This document shows positions 1 through 11,901 of a stretch of 64,000 nt of DNA, piece by piece. The position numbers and the translations under genes were made by a program. The DNA is from Eukaryota sp. GEM-RC1. Lineage: Eukaryota. The notes beneath the pieces are model-generated. The model did not search any database and was not told the origin of the DNA. It was given only the letters and a program-made list of their open reading frames with translations. Every line of letters begins with the position of its first letter. Positions within the stretch are counted from its first letter, which is position 1. The stretch is from contig JAUFOQ010000001.1 of NCBI GenBank assembly GCA_040285855.1, forward strand, positions 1,798,001 through 1,862,000. The letters are read 5' to 3'.

Positions 1-103
1 ATTATACAAATCTGGAAATTGTCTTGTTTATCGAATAATGATTTAAAGGCCATTATTTTGTAAAACCATTCATTGTCCATTGTAAAAAAATAAATATCTT
101 TTA

Positions 104-758
104 TTAACATAAAAAGGATTTAAGTTTTCTCACATTTATAGAATGATATGAAGATATATCATTACCTTGACATTCTAATCGTTTCAAACTTTTTAATCCA
201 GATATATCAGTTAGTAAATTATGAAAACAATACAATTCTTCTAATTTATTCAAACCAGATATTTCCTTTAATTGATTATTACCACAATACATAATTACAA
301 GATTTGGATAATCATGAATGGTTTCCATCAAGTTATGAGAACAATTCAGATACAATAATCCTTCAATAAATGGTAAAGATTTAAACTTATTATACATGAC
401 GTTCAAACCCTTGAGTTTTTTTAAGTGGAGGAAGCGTTTCCATACCATTACCTATACATTCAAAATATTCAAGATTTGGATAATCACGAATTGTTTTTAC
501 ATTGTTGTGATTTATGTCCAATAATATTAATGATTCAATATATGGCACTTCAGTAATATCACAATATTCAAGACTCAATGCAATTAAATTTGGCATTTCT
601 ATATTTTCTAAAAACATTACGTCTGAATAATCTTCGACAATCAGTCTGTTAATTGTATCCTTTTCTTTTATGAATTCATCATAGTTATTTGGATTCAAAT
701 GGAATGTTTTATCTCTATTTAAAAAGACACCATCACAATCATCTCCATTAAGAAACAT
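104..758 (-). CDS. Leucine-rich repeat protein, split by a frameshift into ORFs 390..758 and 104..448
   Basis: LxxLxCxxNxLxxI repeats in both overlapping ORFs; the break is at an A-run (PPLKK). Confidence 0.8.
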
Positions 759-796
759 TAAAGGATCTCAAGGTATCATATTTGTAAAAATTTATT

Positions 797-2163
797 TTAA
801 AAATCCATTGTCCAAATCTTAATTGTTTCATCATCATATCCTCGTTCTTTTAATTCCCTGGTAAATGTATTTTTATTAAATTCATCGCGTAATTTTAACC
901 TATCAATTATATTCATAATTTGTTCATTTGATGATATTTCCAATTTTATATTTTCATCAAAACCAACCAATACATTTACCAATCTAGTTACCCTACCAAC
1001 AAAACATTTACCTTCACCATCTTTTATTTCTTCGTTTAATCTAATCATTAATTCCTTTTGAACCTCTTCATCAAAATGATTAATTCTATTAATTACTAAT
1101 TTATAAATATCAGATAGTGTTAGCTTTAAATCACTAAAAGAGTATCATCAGTAAATGGTGATTTGATATTGTTTGTATTGTCTGAATACTTTTCTAATAA
1201 ATATTCCAGTGATTTAATTAATGATTTTTGGATATTGGTATCATGGACATTTTGAGTATCTGTAAATATATTTTCTCTGGGGTTTCTTCTCCGTCTTCTT
1301 CTAAATCTATCGACCACTAATTCAGGAATATCATTATTCTCACAACGTATTGACATTAATTCGTCCAATGGAGGTAAAGTAGTTAATTGGTTATAATGAC
1401 AATGTAATGATTGAAGTATTGGATAATTTGGCAAGAATGTTAAAAGATTATTATTACAACATAAATGAAGCAATGTGAATAAAAATGGCAATTCAGTTAA
1501 TTCATTATATTCACAATATAATTCTCTGAGATTATTCATTGGTGGAATCATGATTAACTTATTATGATCACATCGTAACATTGTAAGTTCATTTAATTGT
1601 GGTAAAAATAACAATTTATTATGATCACATGTTAATCTTAAAAGATATGGAGATATCTCTATTTCTTCAATTTCATTATATTCACAATTAATTCTAGTAA
1701 CCTTTGGTAAGGAGGGAATGATTTTTATTTTATTATGATTGCATTGTAGATATCGTAGATTCTTAAATTTGGGAAGATATGTTAATTTGTTGTACTGACA
1801 AAATAAATCAATAAGATTTGGTAAATTGGAAATAAATCTTATTTCATTATGTGAGCATTTTAAAATTTTCAACATTGGTAATGAAGGAATATACCGTATC
1901 TTATTATGTCGACAATGTAAATGTTCAAGGGTCTCATATTTAGGTATGGTAGTTAATAAATTGCGATTACAAAATATTTTTTTAATATTTTTTAGATATG
2001 GTAGTTGGGTTATATTATTACTTTCGCAATATAAAACTTGTAAGTTATCCATTTGTAAATATTCTAAAAACATAATGTTAGTATAACCAATAATAGTAAG
2101 TTGGGTTATTGAATCTTTTTTTTCTAAAAATTCATCAAAATTTCGTGTGTTCAAAACAAACAT
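797..2163 (-). CDS. LRR protein with conserved C-terminal domain (QNVHD...CFVGRVTRLVNVLVGFD), frameshifted near 1126
   Basis: About 14 LRR units; C-terminal domain shared with 24329..25596 and 48525..49761; likely start MFVLNTR. Confidence 0.85.
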
Positions 2164-2219
2164 CTTTAAATGATAAAAAAAACGTTTATTATAAAATTCT
2201 TTACAAATCACTAATTTTT

Positions 2220-2782
2220 CTATAAAACGACAAATTCCATCCAATCATCAATAGTTTTTAAATAACTTTGAGAAATCATTGCAATGGTTCTTCCAATGTT
2301 ATCTATACGCTTTGGATTATGAATCATTACTTTTGTTGGTGATTTTTTAAACAAACATGATTATATATATCATGTTTCATTGCTACAGTATGACCATTAA
2401 TATCTTTGAAATTCAGGATCGCAATACATCCAAGGCAATGGAATAACTTTAGCATATTCAATAGTCATCATTGCAATAGTTTTACCAAACACACATGTTA
2501 AAGTTGGATCGTGTATTTCGTGGGGCAATCGTTTTAGATAAAATACATGATACATTGCTGCAGTATATCCTAATAAAATCTTGATGATCGCATTCCATCC
2601 ATTCTGGCAATTCTTCATCCATGTGTTTATACCATAGATATTTGATTGTCCATTATTAATGGATCATGACTTGATTCAGGATGCTCTCCCAATATTACTC
2701 TTTTCATTGGATTTGTGTATCCACATACCTTCTCAAGTTTATCAATTCTATTGAATTTCTTAATCAATTCAGCAACTGACAT
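2220..2782 (-). CDS. Ankyrin-like repeat protein (HDP-x5-G-x-T-(I/V)-AM repeats), frameshifted
   Basis: HDPTLTCVFGKTIAM, GHTVAM and HNPKRIDNIGRTIAM repeats across frames; promoter motif upstream at ~2799. Confidence 0.5.
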
Positions 2783-2798
2783 TTTTTAAAAAATAAAA

Positions 2799-3337
2799 TC
2801 ATTTTTTATAATGTTTCTCATATCTAATACAACCTATTGGTAGAAAAGAACATCGTCTAAAATCATGTTCTACATCATCAGCAAATTCACGAACTTCAAT
2901 ACGATTAGCATTTGTTGGTAATTTACTCAAATCATTTACATAATCCACAATCAATCTCATTGGTCCTTTTCCATGTCCATGAATACATTTGTTCGATCAA
3001 TATGTAGTGTTCTAGGAACAGTTTTCAAATGAAGTTCTCCTTCCAAGAGACTAATTCTGACATAGATTTTCTTTGGGGGTAATGTCAGTTCATTACCATT
3101 AAATTTCTTCATGAATATTGATATGTATTTAATAGATACATTTTTGAGCATGTATTCCAAATCTTCTTTGTTAGTTTCATTTAGATGTAATATCAAAAAT
3201 CTTGTTCTACCATTCAATGCACATAATTGGGGAATAATTTCATATATATGTAAGGTAACTATGGTTTGATATATATTAGAATCTATAAATTCCATAACCT
3301 CATTATCATTAGACAATGTTCTATTACCTTCTAGCAT
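2799..3337 (-). CDS. Hypothetical protein, paralog of 3654..4211, frameshifted near 2957
   Basis: Shared motifs EVMEFIDS/DILDFMNS, LNGR/LNGK, FNGNELTLP/FLGSELILP. Confidence 0.6.
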
Positions 3338-3377
3338 TTTAAAAAAATAATAATCATTTTTCATATAAAAAAATAAT

Positions 3378-3632
3378 TTATTTATTTTCTAATTCTTCAA
3401 GTTTGAATGTTAATTCATGCACCTTATCTGTTAAATATTCAAGTCTATCATTAGTGGTTATTGCATATTTCTCAACTTCGTATAATATGTTAACTATTTC
3501 ATTAAAGCATTCCTTAGAATAAATTTCCTGATCAATATTAGATCGAGATGGACTTGTACCAATCATTTTGAGCAATGGTTCATACATTGGATTTCGAAAT
3601 TCAGCATATACGGGATCACCAAACATTATCAT
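3378..3632 (-). CDS. Hypothetical protein with C-terminal coiled coil
   Basis: Intact ORF on the local coding strand. Confidence 0.55.
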   Translation of the reverse strand: MIMFGDPVYAEFRNPMYEPLLKMIGTSPSRSNIDQEIYSKECFNEIVNILYEVEKYAITTNDRLEYLTDKVHELTFKLEELENK

Positions 3633-3653
3633 AAAAAATAAAACTACTTTTAT

Positions 3654-4211
3654 TTAAATCCTATTAACTTCAATATAAATATTTTGATCATCTCTCTTAA
3701 ATAATATATATTCCTTTTCTCGATCATTAAATTTAAACTTGATTGGCGGATTAACCAAAGCAGGTTTATCATTAATATTACGAACAAAAACATTTTCAAT
3801 ACCTGATGGGATTTCGTTCAAATTATATACATGATCTAATATCAATGTCTCTGGTAGATTTCCCAATGTAATGCCACGGATATCTCCTACATGTAAAATC
3901 TTTGGTACATTGATTAGATTATACTTACCTTCAATAGTTAATCTAACACGGTTTGTATCAGGTAATATCAATTCAGATCCCAAGAAATCAGCAATAACAA
4001 TTCTCAATCGATCAACTTTTAAACCTGATAGTGTCTTATTAAAGTTATTATTTAATGTATAACGACCAATTATCAAATACTTTACTTTTCCATTCAATGG
4101 AGTCAAATCCATTGGTTGTTCAAAATACTGGATATTAATATCCAATTTATCAACAACCTTGTCTGAATTCATAAAATCAAGAATATCTTCCTTGTTGTAT
4201 AACTGATCCAT
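3654..4211 (-). CDS. Hypothetical protein, paralog of 2799..3337
   Basis: 185-aa intact ORF with shared motifs. Confidence 0.65.
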   Translation of the reverse strand: MDQLYNKEDILDFMNSDKVVDKLDINIQYFEQPMDLTPLNGKVKYLIIGRYTLNNNFNKTLSGLKVDRLRIVIADFLGSELILPDTNRVRLTIEGKYNLINVPKILHVGDIRGITLGNLPETLILDHVYNLNEIPSGIENVFVRNINDKPALVNPPIKFKFNDREKEYILFKRDDQNIYIEVNRI

Positions 4212-4509
4212 TTAACCTTGAAAAAATAATTTATTTAATGATCTATGGGGCAAGTTTTTTAACAACCATTAAAAATGCACGATCTAAATCTTCTTGTTTA
4301 TTTATTCTAGTTGGAATCATCATTTCATTTAACAATTCATTTACTCTTTGTTTACTTAGTTTGAATGTAATCATTATCTTTTTACTAATCCTGAATGATA
4401 CTTTTCCATATTGCTTATTAATGTAAAATAAGTTCTTTCTGGAAATCCTTTAATCATTTTTCTCCCAATAAAAAATAAGGAAATGAATTAAATTCATTAA
4501 GGAAGTTTA

Positions 4510-4758
4510 TTACTCATCATCAAAAAAGTTAAAGAAATCGGAATTGTAGTTATCTTTAAAAGAAATGCGGCGTTGTTGGGGAGGCAAAACACGGGATAAG
4601 CGAACGCGACGTTCAGAAACTTCTTCAATAGGAGGATTCACTTCAGGAAGAGGTGGGCGGGCATTTAATTGTCTTTCGACTTCTGCTGCAATCAGTCGAT
4701 TAATTTCGACTTCAAGTTCAGCGATTAATCGTTTTACAATTTCAGAAAACTCGGACAT
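4510..4758 (-). CDS. Small protein, cassette-array member 1
   Basis: ATG directly after conserved leader AAAGTAAG; double promoter upstream, hairpin downstream. Confidence 0.7.
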   Translation of the reverse strand: MSEFSEIVKRLIAELEVEINRLIAAEVERQLNARPPLPEVNPPIEEVSERRVRLSRVLPPQQRRISFKDNYNSDFFNFFDDE

Positions 4759-4821
4759 CTTACTTTAATTATTATTCACTTTTATTAATCTTAATCATTT
4801 TTCTCCAAATAAAAAAATAGA

Positions 4822-4839
4822 TAATGGACGAATCCATTA
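4822..4839 (-). terminator. Hairpin TAATGGA-TTCG-TCCATTA followed by a T-tract; identical copies at 5248-5265, 5692-5709 and 6544-6561, variant at 4482-4498
   Basis: Perfect 7-bp inverted repeat with a UUCG loop on the transcribed strand, just 3' of cassette genes. Confidence 0.75.
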
Positions 4840-4867
4840 AAAGAATTTTATGAAAATATTTACTATC

Positions 4868-5180
4868 TTATTCAATTCTCTTCATCTTCATCTTCGGTTC
4901 CATCGATTCTTCTAGTTCACAAAGACGTGCATACTGAGCTTTTAAATACTCGTAATACGTCTCGTTTACTGGTACAAACTTGGGTTGGATAGGGGAAGGG
5001 GGAGGGAGAGGGCGAAACAGGGAGTGCTTCTTCTTCAGAAAGTTCTTCTTCTTCAGAAAATTCTTCTTCTTCTTGAAGATTGGGGATTTCTTCTTCTTCT
5101 TGTGTAGTTAATCTTTCTATCACACGATCGAAAAAACGATCAGCGACAGCATCGACAAATTCAGCAATTGGATCAGACAT
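4868..5180 (-). CDS. Small acidic protein, cassette member 2; frameshifted, alternative frame ends VPVNETYYEYLKAQYARLCELEE
   Basis: N-terminus ADRFFDRVIERL matches member 3; C-terminal motif recovered in the shifted frame. Confidence 0.7.
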
Positions 5181-5289
5181 CTTATCTTACTTTAAATATT
5201 AATCATTTTTTTCAACCCTAATCACTTTCCTCCAGATAAAAAATAGATAATGGACGAATCCATTAAAAGAAATTTATAAACTAACAATC

Positions 5290-5595
5290 TTAACCACTAA
5301 CATAATTTAGTGACTTCTTATTTGCAGGTTCATCAGAATGATTTGCTCTTCGTTTATTGGATGCTTCCAATTCACAAAGACGGTCTTCTTGAGCTTTTAA
5401 ATACTCATATTCAGTCTCATTTACTACAACTAAACTTGGTCTTATGATAGACGTGGGGATAGGTGGTTCGGCAATTTCTTCTTCTTCTCGAAGATTTGAG
5501 ATTTCTTCTTCTTCAGTTTCATATAATCGTTCTAGGAATCGATCGTATACACGATCAGCAATAATGTCGATTAATTGAGAGGTGAGGTTAGACAT
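5290..5595 (-). CDS. Small acidic protein, cassette member 3
   Basis: ADRVYDRFLERL ... VVNETEYEYLKAQEDRLCELE. Confidence 0.75.
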   Translation of the reverse strand: MSNLTSQLIDIIADRVYDRFLERLYETEEEEISNLREEEEIAEPPIPTSIIRPSLVVVNETEYEYLKAQEDRLCELEASNKRRANHSDEPANKKSLNYVSG

Positions 5596-5721
5596 CTTAT
5601 CTTACTTTAATTATTATTCACTTTTATTAATCTTAATCATTTTTCATCCCGAAATTGATATCAATCATTTTTCTCCCAATAAAAAATAAATTAATGGACG
5701 AATCCATTAAAAGAATATTTA

Positions 5722-5991
5722 TTATTGTACAAGGAATTTGTCAAAAAGTAAGGCACGAGCTTTTAATGTCTCATACTCAATACGATCAACCCACATATAA
5801 TCTTCGGGGATCGAAGGAAACTGCGGACTATCATAATCAGAATATTGGTCTTCTTCAGGATAATCATCATAGTCATAATCTGAATATTCAATTGGTGGAT
5901 CAAGATCTTTGGCGTGGTTCTTTCTTCGTTTTGTTATTATCACAACTGATGCAATAAGGGGAGCAATGCAAATAAAGAGATAAGCTAACAT
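5722..5991 (-). CDS. Small protein with N-terminal hydrophobic helix, cassette member 4
   Basis: Start MLAYLF after AAGTAAG leader; C-terminal IPEDYMWVDRIEYETLKARA motif. Confidence 0.7.
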   Translation of the reverse strand: MLAYLFICIAPLIASVVIITKRRKNHAKDLDPPIEYSDYDYDDYPEEDQYSDYDSPQFPSIPEDYMWVDRIEYETLKARALLFDKFLVQ

Positions 5992-6117
5992 CTTACTTAA
6001 ATCATTAATCACTTTTATTGATATCAATCATTTTTCTTTCGGAAATTGATATCAATCATTTTCCTCCCAATAAAAAATAAGTGAAATGAATTAAAGAATT
6101 TATAAACTAATAATACA

Positions 6118-6480
6118 CTATTTCTCATCATCATATTTGGATCGTTTAATATCCAAAGAATCAGCAGTGGGAGCAAGTCTAGCACGAGATTCATCATCAT
6201 CTTCTTCTTCATCTTCTTCACTTTCATATTCATCAGGAGAATTATATGAAATTTCATAAGGGTCGCCATTTGATGACCACCCTAAATTGATATCAGCCAT
6301 CCTCATCGTATATTGAGGTTCATCATTATTGATATTGTCATTTTCATGGGGACAAATTTCAACATCCGGTACATAATCTTCATCATCAGAACGCAAATTA
6401 ATTGTGTTATGCGGACCAGGACACGATCTTACAGGATCTTCATCAAAATGGTGGTAGACAAAACGGTGGGGATTTATCAT
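6118..6480 (-). CDS. Small acidic protein, cassette member 5
   Basis: Intact ORF between repeated intergenic modules. Confidence 0.7.
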   Translation of the reverse strand: MINPHRFVYHHFDEDPVRSCPGPHNTINLRSDDEDYVPDVEICPHENDNINNDEPQYTMRMADINLGWSSNGDPYEISYNSPDEYESEEDEEEDDDESRARLAPTADSLDIKRSKYDDEK

Positions 6481-6576
6481 ATGCTAAAAAATATTATTCA
6501 CTTTTATTGATATCAATCATTTTTCTCCAAATAAAAAAATAGATAATGGACGAATCCATTAAAAGAAATTTATAAG

Positions 6577-7008
6577 TTAATATACATCTTCTTCATCTTC
6601 TTCTTCATCTTCTTCATTTCTGAATCGTTTCAGATTGGGTTCTACTATATGATCGTATAGTCTGGCACGTCGTTTTAATGACTCATACTCAGACACATTT
6701 ACAGCCACATAATCACCACAATACTCTAAAAATTCAGGTGTGGAATCATGATTTTCAGGTTCAATGAGTTGGTTTGTTCTTTTACTTAACAAAATTTCAT
6801 TAATGCTAGTATCTTCTTCATATACTTCGGATATGATTGTTCGGTGAATATGATTGTTTTCATATTCTCTTCGCAAATTGTTATCAACGCCAATAAAGGT
6901 CGGCAGTTGATCAAAGTCAATGTTATAGGGATCATAGACCCCATCATTTTCTTGATCATTCATCGAGGTAACAACCTTTTGAATAAGTTCGTTAATATCA
7001 GGTATCAT
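6577..7008 (-). CDS. Acidic protein, cassette member 6
   Basis: VAVNVSEYESLKRRARLYD motif; UUCG hairpin downstream. Confidence 0.75.
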   Translation of the reverse strand: MIPDINELIQKVVTSMNDQENDGVYDPYNIDFDQLPTFIGVDNNLRREYENNHIHRTIISEVYEEDTSINEILLSKRTNQLIEPENHDSTPEFLEYCGDYVAVNVSEYESLKRRARLYDHIVEPNLKRFRNEEDEEEDEEDVY

Positions 7009-7031
7009 ATGCTAAAAAAAATTAATCATTT

Positions 7032-7601
7032 TTATTGAGTTAAATCATTTTTCTTACTAAATACAATCTTTTTTGAATTGGATTCATCTTCAAGAATATC
7101 ATAACAATCACTTAATTTACTAATTATAATATCATGATCTTTATCTATTTTAATGAAATAACTCCTTTGTATTATTTTAGGAACTTTTTTTGATAATGAT
7201 TTGATGGAAATGTTTGGTATTGACTGAAATTTAATTTCACAATCATCAAAACATAATTCTTTAACATTTGTGACAAAATCTAGTTTTATCATTTCATCTA
7301 AAACTCTTAAAAAGATTTCTTGATTGTATGAACCATCGTAAATAATTTTTTGAAAGTTCATATATAATCCACGAATAATATGATTAATATTATTGGACAT
7401 TAATCTAATATCACGTGATATAATAATGTCATCCACATAATAATCTAATCCATTAACAATGAATTTTGTGAGATACCAATCATCTTTACGATAAACTTTC
7501 TTGAAATATTGATCAGAAAGTAATTTGTTATCGATAACATTATGTTGTCTTATGCTTTGTTTATTAACAATTTGTTTAGCCTTTCTCGTGATTGGTCCCA
7601 T
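7032..7601 (-). CDS. Hypothetical protein
   Basis: 189-aa ORF with upstream AAAATGA motif. Confidence 0.65.
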   Translation of the reverse strand: MGPITRKAKQIVNKQSIRQHNVIDNKLLSDQYFKKVYRKDDWYLTKFIVNGLDYYVDDIIISRDIRLMSNNINHIIRGLYMNFQKIIYDGSYNQEIFLRVLDEMIKLDFVTNVKELCFDDCEIKFQSIPNISIKSLSKKVPKIIQRSYFIKIDKDHDIIISKLSDCYDILEDESNSKKIVFSKKNDLTQ

Positions 7602-7636
7602 TACATGAAATAAAAATCATTTTTTTTTAGATTAGC

Positions 7637-7715
7637 TAAAAATAATAAATCCCATTTAATAAGATTTAAAAATAATAAATCCCATTTAATAAGATTTAAA
7701 AATAATAAATCCCAT
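7637..7715. repeat. 30-bp tandem repeat (~2.6 copies) duplicating the 3' end of the adjacent gene
   Basis: taaaaataataaatcccatttaataagatt at 7637, 7667 and partially at 7697. Confidence 0.9.
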
Positions 7716-8187
7716 ATGTATCATCAGTAAAAAATACCATTCCTATTTGCTTAGGTATTATATAACTTTTCTTTAATAGATCTTGATATAAATTCATTTG
7801 ATCATTACATTCTTTTAATTTCATATTTTCAGATCTTCTCCAATGATATATAACAACCTCATTATTTTCATTTAACCCAATAAAATCCAATGCACCTGCC
7901 ATTAATTTATTTTCATCAAACAGGGGTGTACATATTTTTAATGGTTTGATTTTATCTTTAATCACATCCTCATGAAATTTCTTAAATGCGAGATTATCAA
8001 AATCAATTCCCATTAAATAAAAATTAGCAATATTTTGATATAAAGGATATTCAATCATGTTCCCCTTATTTATATTAGTACATGGCATTAACGTCTCTCT
8101 ATATTTTACATAATATTGATTACTAAATTCGTCATGAATTATTAATTTTTTTCTTTCGTCTATATCAATGGGAAAATAATTATCCAT
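7696..8187 (-). CDS. PD-(D/E)XK nuclease-like protein, degenerate paralog of 52041..52649
   Basis: AGALDFIGLNENNEVVIYHWRR and QMNLY align with the 52-kb copy, but DWK is replaced by HWR. Confidence 0.65.
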   Translation of the reverse strand: MDNYFPIDIDERKKLIIHDEFSNQYYVKYRETLMPCTNINKGNMIEYPLYQNIANFYLMGIDFDNLAFKKFHEDVIKDKIKPLKICTPLFDENKLMAGALDFIGLNENNEVVIYHWRRSENMKLKECNDQMNLYQDLLKKSYIIPKQIGMVFFTDDTYGIYYF

Positions 8188-8291
8188 TTTTTTTATAAAA
8201 AATAATTTATTTGATTCTTGATTAAATTTAATCAATAAAGTAAAAAATGAGTGTTTAAATAAGATTCGATATCAATAATATCGTTTTTAAA

Positions 8292-9025
8292 CTACGTAGT
8301 CAAATCAAATACTTCATCTCTATAATAGGTAATCTCATCACGATATCCAACAGGATTTGATATATAAATAATATCATCATGTTTAAATATTGTAGTGTAA
8401 TGAGTATGACCATATATTGAAATCAAATGGGGATGGTTTAATGAAATGTCATTTGCAAAATATTTCTTCATGTATTCAGGATCATCATCATATTCATAAG
8501 GGATTGTTCCATAACGAATTAATGGCCAATGAGTTAGAAGAATAATTTTTTATCTTGATTATTCTGAACAACATCTCTTAACCATTTTGTATGATCATTA
8601 TTTAATTCAGAAAATCTCTTAGGAGTAATTGGTAGATTATTTTCCTTGATATTTTTAAAATCATTAATAACACCAATCAGATTTTTATCTGCTTGAGAAA
8701 ATAAGGTACAACCAACAACCAAATAATCTTCTAATTCTACAATATCTTTTTGTAGCACATGAACGTTTTCATATAAACTACAATATTGTTTGAATTTTTC
8801 AGTTATTTCATATTGATTGTAAATCTTATCAGATAAATCATGATTACCTAAAACCATGAATATTTGTTTAAATTTTTTACTAACATGATCAATGAACTTC
8901 CTGAATCCAATTGTATGACATTTACCAATATCACCTGCTAAAAATAGATAGTCGGCGAGTTGTGGTATTTGAAATAGTTTTGGATGATATTCTAAATGTA
9001 AATCAGAATATGCTTGTATCTTCAT
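8292..9025 (-). CDS. Calcineurin-like metallophosphoesterase, frameshifted near 8534
   Basis: SDLHLE, LAGDIG, VLGNHD, then THWP and YGHTH in the shifted frame. Confidence 0.9.
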
Positions 9026-9629
9026 TACCTAATAAAAAAAATCATTTTTATTATTCTGAATCTTCATCTGATTCATCAAATTCATCTGATTCATAAGGCT
9101 CATTTAATTCACGCAATTGCATGGTCACTTGTTTAAATAATTCGTCACATCCCAAATAATAAAAATCATGAAGCATCTTTCGTAACTCTTTTGGGTTTGT
9201 TTGGAAATTACTACGAATAAATGATAAGTAGTCTTCATAGTTATCAATAATTTTATGATCATTGATATAATTACAATATCGAATGTATACAATGATAGAT
9301 TTAACTGATTTTAGTTGTGTCAAATATATATCATTTTCAAAGTTTGATAATAATTTCAAAGTATTAGATTCGGATATGCAATCGATGTCATATTTTTTCC
9401 CAAAGGTATAAGAAACAATAATAAAAACAACAAACCATCATATCATCATGGTTTAACATGATTGGTCGGATGGAACGTATGATCACATATAATACAAAGA
9501 CAACAGTGATGGCACAAATAACGAGGATCTGGAAACAGACAATAGCGGGGGCAATTTCTTCGAGATTCATCTTAATAACTAATTATTAGTTTTGTCATTT
9601 TTTTAAAAGTAAATCATTTTCCTGTATAA

Positions 9630-9878
9630 ATGCTCATTTACATAATCCTTGGAGGGTACATAATAGGTGCAATAATATGCGTAAAATATCATGAAGGTAT
9701 TTATTTAAAAGAATATTGTAAGGAAAACTATAAATGGTTAATTGCTGGATTAACGCCAAAAGGAATTAATATGAAATTTTATGGGAAGGTTGATAAAGAA
9801 ACATTTGGTCCAATATTGAAATGTTGTTGGAAAATAAAATATAAAAAAGAATACCTAAATCAATATATGATAATATAA
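9630..9878 (+). CDS. Small protein with N-terminal hydrophobic segment
   Basis: Intact ORF opposite to the local strand bias, in an otherwise intergenic gap. Confidence 0.5.
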   Translation: MLIYIILGGYIIGAIICVKYHEGIYLKEYCKENYKWLIAGLTPKGINMKFYGKVDKETFGPILKCCWKIKYKKEYLNQYMII

Positions 9879-9916
9879 TGAGTTATTTAAAAGATTAAAT
9901 AAGTAGATTTATTAAA

Positions 9917-10411
9917 TTAATAATATCCAATGAATTTAACGTTAACATTTCGAAACTCTGTCTTCAGTATGGGATGAACCATAACACATGTATTCGGGGC
10001 CTTACCGCTAGCTACACGAACCTTATACAATTCAAGGTTATCTGCTCTTGCATAATTTTCTAATTGAATTGTATCAACATCTTGAATGACCATTGTCAAA
10101 ATAGATTCTTCTCCATCAATAACAATATTAGACTTTTCAAGAATTGCCGTTTGTGGGTTAATGACAACACGACCTGATTGATGACAATCAATAAAATGAA
10201 CATCTGTCAATCTCGTACCTTCCAAACAATTAATGTGACATTTGTTGAAGGTTGCTTGTGTTAAGTTACCCGCTTCTTCAATCGAGATATCGCAACCAAA
10301 GAAGTATGCAATCTCATCCTTGATGGGAAGAGTGATGAATTCATTGATGTAGACAACAGCCTTAGGATAAGGTATCCTAATGTTAGTAAGTGGAGTGTTG
10401 ATGTTAAACAT
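9917..10411 (-). CDS. Hypothetical protein, beta-solenoid-like
   Basis: Intact 164-aa ORF with upstream promoter motif. Confidence 0.6.
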   Translation of the reverse strand: MFNINTPLTNIRIPYPKAVVYINEFITLPIKDEIAYFFGCDISIEEAGNLTQATFNKCHINCLEGTRLTDVHFIDCHQSGRVVINPQTAILEKSNIVIDGEESILTMVIQDVDTIQLENYARADNLELYKVRVASGKAPNTCVMVHPILKTEFRNVNVKFIGYY

Positions 10412-10811
10412 TTTTCATAAAAAATAATCATTTTTTTATTAGAATTGGATTTAAAAATTTAATTGAATTCGAAAGTATTAGGGTATTCATGTCATCTACC
10501 AAGCATGTAAGTTTACTAATATTCATTTTAGAAACATCTAAATATTTTATGGTGTGTTTAATTGTAAGAGAATCGTCAGTTAGTATATAGCCACAAAGAT
10601 CATCTGTAACAAAAGATCCAAGTTTAGTGGATGTGAGGATCATTATTAATGTTAAAAATCATTGTTATAAAAAAATAATAATTTAGTTTTTGTTATATAA
10701 AAAATAATAATTTGGTTTTTTTGTTATATAAAAAATAAATAAATAATTAATTAATTTTTATTTTTTTTACACATTTAGTTTTAACACTAATCATTTCAAT
10801 ATATGAGTTAT

Positions 10812-11488
10812 TCACATATCGATTAAACTTTTTACTAAATCAGAATTAAACTCAACATAAAAATTAAAATTGTAAATCATTTGAATGATGATCTTTTCGG
10901 TTTTAGTTACTTTGACTGGTTGAATTTGATCATGATTTAATTCGTAATCAATAGAATGTTCACATTCACCACTAGATATTTTGTTCAATACTTTCAATTC
11001 ACACAACATTGCTTCCAGGGAGTTTTGAAACTTCGTTCTTCATAGAATGAATTCAAAATGGAATAATGAATGTTATTTTTAAATATACACGCAAATCCAA
11101 AATCAATAAGATAAAACTTTCCTTCATGATGTAGAATGTTTGATGAACTCAAATCGAAATGCAATATTCCAAACAACCATAGATTGTTTAATAATTCACC
11201 TAAAGCAATTTGTTCTTCAAGGGTAAATATGTGATCATCACAATTTTCACCGAGTTGTTCCATCTTTAATATAGGGAAATCATTTTCGTCAAATAAAACC
11301 TCATGATTTGGAGTTATTTTTATCCCATATTCTTCTTCCTTTTTCTTTATGTAATTGTAAAAGAATATCTCACGATACAATGCGACAAGTTCACAATTTT
11401 GTTTAAATGAACTTTTGTTTTTTTCGATAATGGTTTTATAAGCATGTCCATCCTTAAACGTAACAATCCCATATGTACCAATAAGCAT
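10812..11488 (-). CDS. Protein kinase-like protein, frameshifted near 11000
   Basis: GTYGIV Gly-loop remnant, AYK, YREI, LHFDLSSSNIL catalytic loop, IDFG. Confidence 0.8.
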
Positions 11489-11901
11489 TATCAAAAGTAA
11501 AAATCATTTTTATATTATTAAAGTAAACAATACAAACAGGATTTCTATAAACAAACCTTCGTAATATAAATCAGGGATTAGTTCACATGGAGGCTGATCG
11601 ATTAAATCTTCAAAAATATCATTTTGGTTAAACACCAATGGGAAATGATTAATTAATGAATCCACAAGTTTACGTTCACAAAGTTCTAGATATCCATAAT
11701 AATTCTCTGAATCAATATGACCAATATTATCCATAATTACTTCAAAAATATCAATGAGGGACCAGAAATCATATTTTTGATGTAAATAATCATACAATGA
11801 ATTTGAATCAAGAATCACTTTTCACCATTTCTAGTAAAGGGAATTCCAGCTGAAATCAAAGCTTAGGAAAACAACATTTTATTTAAAAAAAAAATCATTT
11901 T

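Noticed and set aside
4868..7008. Phd/YefM antitoxin identity for the EYExLK proteins
   Set aside because: Only a short helix resembles it; no Phd N-terminal fold or adjacent toxin
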